Assembly (NCBI GenBank): GCA_963755915.1
Contig: CAVWLP010000002.1
Coordinates: forward strand, 1,536,001 to 1,600,000
Length of the DNA stretch: 64,000 bases
Direction of reading: 5' to 3'
Source of the DNA: an uncultured Phycisphaerales bacterium
GTDB lineage: Bacteria > Planctomycetota > Phycisphaerae > Tepidisphaerales > Tepidisphaeraceae
The translations under genes were made by a program, and so were the position numbers. Below the pieces are notes generated by a model. It did no database searches. It saw only the letters and a program-made list of their open reading frames with translations, and was not told the origin of the DNA. Shown here piece by piece: positions 55,262 to 64,000 of the stretch; the stretch's first letter is position 1; every line of letters begins with the position of its first letter.

Positions 55262-56158
55262 TTACCCGGCGTGCGCCCTGCAGCGTCGCCTCAAACCGAG
55301 TAAGCAGGCACCGGCAACGAGTGCAATAGATGCAGGTTCGGGCACCGCGGTAAGAGCACCGCCCGAATCACTGAAATAGGCCATCGAATTCACTTCCCAT
55401 ACCGTCTGGAGATTGTTCGCATTGCCGGTGTAATCCTGCCAGCCAAGATACGAAAGCGACTGATTGTTCACCTCATCCTGCGGATAAGGCGGCTGGTCGT
55501 AGCTCGGCGGATGGGCTCCATACATGTTGTTGATGTTTGCACTGGCCGACTGAGCCAGTACACCGCCGATGAGAAAGTCGTCGCTGACCGTTTCCGTTGG
55601 CTGGTCCCAACCGATGACAAACTGCATGTCCGAGGGGATTGTGGAGCCAAGATTGATAGCCGGCAGCCCCTTGATTTCCGCGACGTCGGTAATGCCTACC
55701 GATGCAAACTCGGGAATCATCTGGAGATAGTAATCCCCGCCGGTGTACCAGTGCACCAGCGCGATGCCTGATATCTGGCGTGTTTGGGGCGTGACGGCTC
55801 CCATGAAGCCGACCCAGTCGTATTCCGCGTCAGAGTTCGCGGTCGTGTTATCGGTGCTGGCCCAGGTGAAATCGACAAGCCCGCTGTAGGATTCCGTGGC
55901 CGCCGTCACCGTCGAACCGAGCGGTTCGCCCGCTTTGCTTGGGACGTACGCGTCCGTACCGTTATCCATCGTCGTGATCTGCATCTGATTGTTGTTCGAC
56001 GGGCCGGCGGGACCAATCATACTGTTCGGACCCGTTTCGAATTGGGTCGTACCATTTGTGCCGGAACTGAAATTATAGTCCCAGACTTCCGAGGCGCTGG
56101 CGGAAGCTGCCAGGCTGCATAGCAGCACGGGAATAGAACGTTTGATGCGGCGAGACAT
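55262..56158 (-). CDS. PEP-CTERM protein D: the head domain of protein A alone
   Basis: Signal peptide; shares NMYGAHPPSYDQPPYPQDE and YLGWQDYTGN with A; VPEPASIAL..RRR. Confidence 0.9.
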   Translation of the reverse strand: MSRRIKRSIPVLLCSLAASASASEVWDYNFSSGTNGTTQFETGPNSMIGPAGPSNNNQMQITTMDNGTDAYVPSKAGEPLGSTVTAATESYSGLVDFTWASTDNTTANSDAEYDWVGFMGAVTPQTRQISGIALVHWYTGGDYYLQMIPEFASVGITDVAEIKGLPAINLGSTIPSDMQFVIGWDQPTETVSDDFLIGGVLAQSASANINNMYGAHPPSYDQPPYPQDEVNNQSLSYLGWQDYTGNANNLQTVWEVNSMAYFSDSGGALTAVPEPASIALVAGACLLGLRRRCRAHAG

Positions 56159-56661
56159 TTTCTACCTCCTAAAGGTGTATTGCCACTGCGTGGCGCGAGA
56201 AGTTCCAAAGTGTTGGTCAATGAATTGAAGCGTTGGCCCACTTATCGAACGACCATGGGAGGCGGTTGCAGGTTGGCATGTACTATTAGTATGCATGTCG
56301 TAATTTGTCAACTACAAAGTCGCATAAGACCACCCAAAAATCACCTTTGTCGGGACAATAGTACCAATTGTCCCCCAAAGATCAATAAAAAAGCGCTAAT
56401 TATGCAACAACTTATAAAATATATACTTATAAACACCGTGAGGTCATAAGGACGATTCGCGGCGGAAGTATCCCGCTATCCTGAAATCGGTTCCCGTATA
56501 AAAAACGCACCCAGAGACCAAAATCGCTGAATTAATGTCATGCTTAATATAAACACTTCTATGTGGAGGGCGGGAATCTGGAAAATGTCGGTTTGATGCC
56601 CCTTCGCGAACACGTTGCGCCGTACGCCTTTAACCAAGGTTGTCTTGTGGATGGCGCGGCC

Positions 56662-57165
56662 CTATGGCAGCACTGGCTGCGCCGGGGCGCCGCCCGGACC
56701 TGTGATTTGTCGTATTGATTTGGCCCGCGGATCGGCAACGTTTATCCAGTCGTTACCGCCCGGCTTTTTCACTTCAACTCCTGATCTGGAAATTGATTCG
56801 TTCACTCCCGCCGGTGGAGGACCGCTTGCCGCCATCTGCTGTGCCCACAGCAGCATTTGCAGGGCATGTGGCGTATAGCGCCTTAGGTAGCCAACGAAAC
56901 ACGTTTTGCCCCCGTCGGTGGTGAAGACATAGGCGCGATAGGCGGTTTTCCCATCGTGATTGAATGGTGGCCTTGTCATTCGAAAGTCCTGCGAGAACCA
57001 GGTCTGTCCTTCGTCGTCGCTGTACCACGCCAGCGTCCTTGACTCGATCTCTCTGCGCTCGACTGCCTTATCGTGCCAGAGCGAACCGATTGCGATCGCG
57101 GGCCCCAAAATCGCGATCGCGAAGCCGATCCATCGGTGCTGGTTGATCATATCTCTTACTGCCAT
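56662..57165 (-). CDS. Membrane-anchored hypothetical protein
   Basis: N-terminal TM segment; WYSDDEGQTWF..PPFNHDGK..RAYVF; start overlaps the upstream gene. Confidence 0.65.
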   Translation of the reverse strand: MAVRDMINQHRWIGFAIAILGPAIAIGSLWHDKAVERREIESRTLAWYSDDEGQTWFSQDFRMTRPPFNHDGKTAYRAYVFTTDGGKTCFVGYLRRYTPHALQMLLWAQQMAASGPPPAGVNESISRSGVEVKKPGGNDWINVADPRAKSIRQITGPGGAPAQPVLP

Positions 57166-60100
57166 GTCAAACTCCTGTGCATCATCGCAAGTTTGGTGAT
57201 TTGAAGATTACCCCTGGCTTCGGTGCAGATGGCGTGATAGCTCATTTCAAGCCGCCGAAAGAACCACGGTGAAGGCGATGCTGACGTCGCTTCAATTCGA
57301 AGCATCAGCCAGACGTGACCTTCAGAATCATAGTCATCAGACCTGCAATCAAACTCAAAACTCTGCGGCGTGATCACCCGTGTCCAGTTTGCGGCCTCAT
57401 CCCCCTGTGGATTTATAGCTGCAATTCCCGCCCGGCACTGATCGCGAAAAAACGCAATCGTCTGGGTGGGCGCCGACAGGTCTGCATCGATTTGGACGTG
57501 AACGGGGCGCAGCCGGCCGATTTTCTCAGGCACTGCAAAACCAATGAGCCACTGTCCCGGTTGATTGGTTGGTACCCAGCGCCGCTGCGAAGGATCGTAA
57601 GGCAACCCTCGCGCCGCCCCCTGGATGATGCGACTGAAAGCGCCGTCGATGAAAATATCGGAACCGATCTCCGAACTCTGGATTAGAACGGGGGCTTCCA
57701 ACAACGTCTGAGACTCCATCGCAATGGGATAATTCGTATCGACAATCGTCGGTGGGTTGTCCAACCATGCCAGCAATTTCGGCGGGCCCGATTCTGCCGA
57801 ATCCATCGATCCGGCCGACATGACGGACGAAGCGATAATGTCGGCCCGAAGGTCATCGGTTTGGGTGCGAATCGCGCCGGTGCTGGTGAAATCGTTGTCC
57901 GCGTTACGGTGAAGAATGATCGGCGTCGATTGGCCGACGGGTATCTCCCCGAGCGCAAATACTCCGCTCCAAGCCAGAAGCGGGGAGTGGAGAGCCTGCC
58001 CTGCACCATTTTCCACGCTCAATTCCAGGCCTTCCGGGCCGAAACGTCCCGTCGCTTTCAATTGAAGATCCGACCCGACCGGCCTCTGCGCGCTCCATAT
58101 TCGGCGGACTTGCTTGGCATAGACGTCGGCGTCTTTTACGGCGAAAGGAAATTCCTCGATCTCGGCCGGCATCGATTCCGAAGATTCGACCGGCACAATA
58201 GTCGCCCCACCCGTAGCACTGAGCGTAAGCGACGATTCATCGCGCCCAACGAACGTCAGAAGCTGCTTTTCAATCCCCCCGCCGCCGGAACCGATCCGGA
58301 TGGTCGTTATCTGTCCCCCGCGCACGATGCTGCTGGACTCGCCGCGCGCGCTGGCGACCATCAGTCCCACAAACCCAAGCAGCGCCACGGCAACCAGACA
58401 CAGATAAACCCTTGGCCGCAGCCGCGCGGGACTTAGTAAATGACCCAGAAATGCAACGACAATATAAAGTCCGACAATGACGGCAGCGATACTGAATGGC
58501 ACAGTGGGCACGCCCACCATATGCTCGAGCGGGCGAGTGAGCGACACCGATTCGGCCCGCGGCGAAACGTCCCACTGCAGAATCCGATGCCACGTTTGAA
58601 CGAAATGAGGATCTGCGGGATCCAGCGCGTAGATCGGGAAACTCGTGAAAATGACATGCCCAAGACCAATCTGCTTTTGTGCTGCAAAAATTAACCCCTG
58701 ACTTTGACCTGCTACTTCGACGTCTGCACCGGTGACGTCGCTGGCTTCGACAAGGCTTACGGGATGCGATAGCTGGATCTCATCATTTTCCGTCGCGAGG
58801 GCACTGATCTGGCGACTGCCGATTTGAACGACCGGCAAATATCCTGCGAGCCAGCAGCTTTGTTCAATTGGATGCCCGCACAATAGCAGCGTTCCACCGA
58901 CGCTTAAATAATCGAGCAGCGCCCGCCGCTGCGCCATGTCGAGTTCCTGTGGGTTTGTGGAAAACAGGATAAATTTGTAGCCGTCATAACCGTCAGCTCT
59001 TCGCGGAGCATCGGCTGCATCGATTGATTGGACGCCCAGCGCAAATCCAGAATGTTTCAGCAATTGGCCTGCAAAACCGGCGGGATTGTCGCCTGCGGAA
59101 TCTGCAATTTCGGAATGGCCGATTTGCAGTAGCATTGCCGTCGGACGAATCCTTTTGCCGCCGATTGCCGCCGCGGCGCCCGGCACTTCACTTCGCCCGA
59201 TGCGCTGCGCGTTGCCGGCATACCACTCGACGACACAAGCCTGGTTGGGCGCTCCGCCGGCGCCGCTGCCAAAATATGCCAGCTCATCGAGATCAATCAC
59301 ACAGTGCGCCGGTATGAGGCACGGAACATGCAGAAGCGCCGGGCCGGCCGCGTTATTCATTTCGACGGACGCGTAACCGGCAACGTCCTTACCAGAGCCG
59401 TTTTGGAATTTGAGCCTCAGCGGCGTCCAACAGTCCGGCAGATATGAGGGGCCGAGACTAAGCATTCCCGCAATCGTCTGCTGGTCGGCCATGCCTGGCG
59501 CATCGGCGATGCACACCTGCTGGGCAGACGAAATCGTCGGAATTTGCAGCGGTGTCTGCTGCCCGGCAATCCGGTCATACGCCCAGTTCGCCAGCCAGCG
59601 AAGCTGCAGGTTGAGTTCCGATTCCGAAATCGCCTTTAACTCCGCCAATCTTGATTCAACGCGAAGATTCCCCAGGGCCTTTATTGCCTCCGCCTTCACA
59701 TCGGGTGCCTCATATTGATCATATATGATCCCCAAAAGCTCCTCGGAGGTTTGGTCGTCCGTGCGGTCTCCCAACAAGCCGTATGCATAGATGCTTGCCC
59801 TGCGAATCTCGTCAGGCGCCTGGCCCTGCGGGATCAGCGGGAGCGTTGCCTTCACAATCGGGGAGTAACCGACCAATCCCGCCGCAACGATCGCATTGGC
59901 AACGGCGTGGATTTCCAATTCGGCCTGCGCCTTATCATTGTCCGCAAGCATCTGCGGGAGCTTTTTGACGACGCCGAGCAGCGCGTTGCCAGCATGTCCC
60001 TGACCGATGCGACCTAAAGAATCCGCGGCCTGCGCCACGACCGACCAGTTCGAATCCGACAAAAGCGCGAGATGATCGGAAAGCGAATCGGAATTGCGCA

Positions 60101-61162
60101 ATTGACCAAGAATATACGATCCATCGACGCGTCGATCGGCGTCGGCATCATGCAGCAAATCGATTGCCGCCGGCAGGGCCGTTTGCCCGATAGCAACAAG
60201 CGCATTGCGCGCCGCGAATCGAAGGGCCTGATCGAATTTTAACTGGTCCTGCAGAAGGTGTATTGCCGTCGGAGTTGGCGAATTTCGAAGCACATCCGCC
60301 GCGGCGCAGCGCACCGTTGTGTCGGGGTCTTGCAGCGCATCCATCGCCGCGCGTGAGCCCTGGCCGTTGGCAGAATGCGGCCAAGGGCAGTTACTGCGTT
60401 CCTGCGCACCACCGAATTCGAATCCTGGAGCAACGGGAGAACCGACGACGCGGAATCTGCAGCGCCCATCGCAGCCAACGCCTGCAGCGCCGCAGATTTT
60501 TCCGAAGCCGAGCCTCTCAAGCAATCCACCGCAACACGCCAGTCGTCACGATTTCCAGCCCGGGCCAGTGTTTCCAGTGCGCACAACCGGCACGGCGGAA
60601 CCATCGAATGCAGAGCGTCGGCAACCGCCTTGATCTCCGCTGGCTTTGAAGCCGCGGAACATGCCGCCATCTGAACGCTTGCGCTGGAATCGCGCAGCCC
60701 CAGAAAAACGGCCTGTGAATCGCCGAGGCCGGCGCATGCGCTAACCGCCTCTCGGCGCACGGCGTCGTCAACATCGCCCAGCCGTCCCTGAAGCGCGGGA
60801 AGGATCGATCGTCCCCCAATCGCCGCCAGTGATATCACAGACTGGGCCCGAAGATCCGCGGATGGGTCAGCAAGCAGCGACTCCAATTTTGGTATTGACG
60901 CCGGGCTGCGGCATTTCCCCAAATCGTGGACCAATTGCACTCGGCGTACGTCGTCGCCGCGATCGATGGCATCGATCAGCAGTTGCACAGTGCGCGGCGA
61001 GGTCGCGTCAATCTGGTTTGGCTGGGGCGATGGAACCTGGTCGAGGCCGAAATCCAGCGGAGGGAGCGCAGTCGTTGCCGCCAACGCGGTCTTACTCCCC
61101 GCAATGAGGATCAGCGTCAACGCAAAATGGATGAAAGAGCAACGCATTTCAATCAAGCGCAT
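57156..61162 (-). CDS. Large exported HEAT-repeat protein fused to a membrane-anchored domain (frameshift at ~60350)
   Basis: Signal peptide; many LxDxxxxVRxxA HEAT repeats; ALLDYLSVGGTLLL; two TM helices. Confidence 0.75.
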
Positions 61163-62834
61163 CAATCGCGGCGCAGCAAATAACCTACACGAAAACGAGC
61201 CAACACCAGCATGAGGACAATAATCCCGGCCATCGTCCACAGGTGTGCCGACCAGATCCACGGGCTGGCGGCCGGGGTCATGCTGCGATTCATGAGACCC
61301 AATGAGACCGCCAGGGGACTGGGCATGGATAGCCAGGCGACGAGCGACGGCGCCAATTGGCGCTGCGCGATCCACGCGACCAGAACCGGGGCCAACACTG
61401 TCGTGCCGCTGACGAGATAGCTCGCCACCGTCGCCCGAGCGGTGTGGGCCGCAAAGGCCGAGCACATCAGCCCAACCGTGCACCCAAAAATGGCCGCCAG
61501 AACCAATACGGGCACCAACTGAAGGAACGACGGCCAATATCCAGGGTCGAGAAAACAAATCGCCGCGTAGAGCGGGAGCAGCGCGACAATCGGCAGCATC
61601 GTACAACCGAGCGCGGGGACCAGTTTTCCGAAAAATATCTGTCCCGGCCCCAGCGGTGTAACCCGCAGCAGTTCAAACGTATCCATTTCAATTTCGCTGC
61701 TGATCGTCGCGCTGGTTATTCCCGGCGCCACCAGCGCTATCACGGCGATCTGCAGACCGACGACGATCCGCGTCACATAATTCAAAAGTCCCGCATCTTC
61801 GGTTCCGCCGTAAAGCGAAATCAGCATCAGCGCCAAGGCCATTACCAGGCAGCCGTAAAATATCCGCGTGGTCCAGCGCCCGAGCGCAGGAGATTGATCC
61901 GTGACTCATTGGCCAGAAGCGGATTGAAAACCGCGATCGGTTTGCGGTGCTTATGTTTCCGGGCTCCGAGCAGCAGCCTCCGCCAGATCGACGGTCGTGA
62001 TTGCGCTCCACTGTCCTGCCCTCGGTTTCGGACATCGGGCGCGTCAGCTTGCTGGCGAGCAGCGCAGCGCAAAATAACGTAAGTGCCGACCCCGCCACCA
62101 GGAACAGCGGACCGAGCGAGATAAACCCGTGGACGTGCCCGTCGAAATCTCCCGGGGAAGGGCGCAGGATCGCGAAAATCGCCGACGCCGGGCTGAGCGC
62201 GAGCGTAATGCAGCGCTGCCGCAACCTGACCCGCCGAACTGTCCAGGAGTATCGCCGCTGGAACGAGCGATACGCCGCAGAGCGCTGTCACAAGGGAATA
62301 GGAGATTACCAGCGCGGTTGAAGCCCGCTGGCAAAATGCCGAAACGCTCAGACCGAGGGTTGCGAGCATTATTCCCGTCTCCAGCAGCACCGCATAGGAA
62401 AGAATCAGGCGATCGAAGCTGATTGCGCCGCGTAAGAGAAGCAGGCCCGCGAAGGGTAAACCCGAAATCAGCAGCAACAAGGGAAAAAACAGCGCCCCGA
62501 TCGCCTTACCGAATAAGATTTGCCATTTCGAAAGCAGCGACGCCGAGAGCATTTCCAGCGTGTTGGCTTCGCGCTCGCTCGCGATGGCCACGGCCGCGAT
62601 GCCGGGCACAAACAATATGAGCAGAATGACCTGGCCAAGAATCAGGCTGAAGAGAAGCCCGTCATCGGCACTGTCAGCGATACTGACGAAACCGCGCTGG
62701 GGCCAATATTCCAGAACCGCCGCCCCTAGAACGATCAGCCAGAGAAGTTGAACCACCGCCACGCGCTTCAAACGCAGCGTTTGCCGAAGATCTTTCATCA
62801 GGACCGCGTTCACGGGGTATTCCAATCCGACCAC
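61162..62834 (-). CDS. ABC exporter permease with two tandem membrane domains (three frameshifts)
   Basis: NAVLMKDLRQ..IASEREANTLEML..FGK and NPLLANE..ISSEIEMDTFELLRVTPL..FGKL. Confidence 0.8.
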
Positions 62835-62964
62835 AAGCCAGGGTTGAGGCCGAGCGATCGCTCACCGAGACAGCTCGCCAAATCGCGGCGCAACCGCCAT
62901 GGCGGCGTCATGCGTTTGTTCCGATTCTGTCAGCCGATGGACAACTCGACTGAGATTCATCACC

Positions 62965-63906
62965 TTACGACGCTGATTGAGTCTCCACGGAAACGGTTCG
63001 ATCCAGTTGGGCGGCGGCTGCTCTTGAATCACTCATCAATTGCTGAACGACAGGCTCAGAGGATAACCCCGTGCGCTCCACATCGGATAACCTGCGCATC
63101 GGCGCCGGTGCATAGTTGCCGGATATGTGTCGCATATTTAGAAGATATGTGAAAGACTGAAAGACACCGTAACGTTTTACGACGCGAAGCAGTTCCGACA
63201 ACTGTTGCTGGCGCTTCGCCGCCAGTTCCCACTTCTTTTCCCCCGCGGCCTTGGCAATGCCACTCACCCAGAATGGCGCCAGTGAAAAGATGCCGTCGAG
63301 ATGTTCGCGTATTCCGTGCTTGAGCAGCGCGTCAATTAGATCAGCCTGGGCGAAGACGACTCGGAAATGACCAGGGGCCGCGTCTTGCAATTGCCGCGCC
63401 GATGCGAGATCGCCCACGCATTTGATTCCGCGGATATTCGGATGCCGGGAAAGGCGAAGAACAGTGGCATTCTCCAGCCTGTTTCCCGTAAGCCCTGGAG
63501 AATCGTATAGATATAGCGGATTGCGTGACAAGTCAGCCAGGGTCGCAAAGTAAAATTCCAGCTCGGACTGATTGAATGACAGGAAATAAGGAGTCAAAAC
63601 CACGGCGCCAGCGGCTTGAAATTCGTTTAGAAAATTGATGCGTTCTCTCGTCCGGGCGACACTCGTATCCGAGGCCCCCACCAGCACCTCACCTTTGCCC
63701 TTGCTCACCAGAATGGCCCGTTCGACGAGCTGGTGATAAGTCCCATCCCGCAGCATTGGCATCAGCCCCATGGTCCCGGCAACGAGCACGCCCGCCATGC
63801 CATTCCGCCATTGGTCCGCCATGTGCTTGTCAAACGCTTCGATATCAAGAGTTTCACGAAGTGTCAGAGGAGTTCCAACCGCAGAGATCAACGAAACCTT
63901 GTTCAT
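62965..63906 (-). CDS. Second DHDPS/NanA-family aldolase paralog
   Basis: AGTMG, LTPYF, LYDSP, GIKC; colinear with 48791..49732 and the same length (313 aa). Confidence 0.88.
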   Translation of the reverse strand: MNKVSLISAVGTPLTLRETLDIEAFDKHMADQWRNGMAGVLVAGTMGLMPMLRDGTYHQLVERAILVSKGKGEVLVGASDTSVARTRERINFLNEFQAAGAVVLTPYFLSFNQSELEFYFATLADLSRNPLYLYDSPGLTGNRLENATVLRLSRHPNIRGIKCVGDLASARQLQDAAPGHFRVVFAQADLIDALLKHGIREHLDGIFSLAPFWVSGIAKAAGEKKWELAAKRQQQLSELLRVVKRYGVFQSFTYLLNMRHISGNYAPAPMRRLSDVERTGLSSEPVVQQLMSDSRAAAAQLDRTVSVETQSAS

Positions 63907-63968
63907 TTGCTTCCTAAGCGTGTTTATTGACCCTGAGACACTTTTGAATCATTTCGGAAAGATTTAGT

Positions 63969-63994
63969 TTGACAAGTCATCCAAACATTGTCAA
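63969..63994. promoter_or_regulatory. Palindrome TTGACAA-N12-TTGTCAA, second copy
   Basis: Direct reading; followed by nATAAA as in the 49834 copy. Confidence 0.6.
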
Positions 63995-64000
63995 CATAAA

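Overview
Probably a Planctomycetota genome fragment, most like Phycisphaerae/Tepidisphaerales: it has LEPR-xLL surface proteins, many PEP-CTERM proteins and a DUF1559/H-X9-DG prepilin. Many genes are split by 1-2 bp deletions, so the sequence looks like an unpolished long-read assembly. 1-23 kb is a cell-surface locus: a TIGR03032 protein, a ~2150-aa surface protein interrupted by two nested IS21 elements, an S53 peptidase, two TPR-GT41 glycosyltransferases, a PEP-CTERM protein and a TPR-sulfotransferase. 23-28 kb holds recR, a MITE, accA, a porin and tRNA-Ser(CGA). From 28.1 kb there is a likely tRNA-anchored island with two convergent tyrosine recombinases, a degenerate tRNA-Arg(CCG), IS66/IS630 elements, modular PEP-CTERM genes and two operons led by DHDPS-family genes. 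Highlights: (i) a covarying structured element conserved in the 3' tail of both istB genes; (ii) PEP-CTERM genes with different heads sharing an apparently identical 788-bp constant cassette; (iii) about 16 frameshifts sitting at GCGC, which suggests a methylation-driven basecalling signature; (iv) a shared TTGACAA-N12-TTGTCAA palindrome upstream of both DHDPS-led operons.
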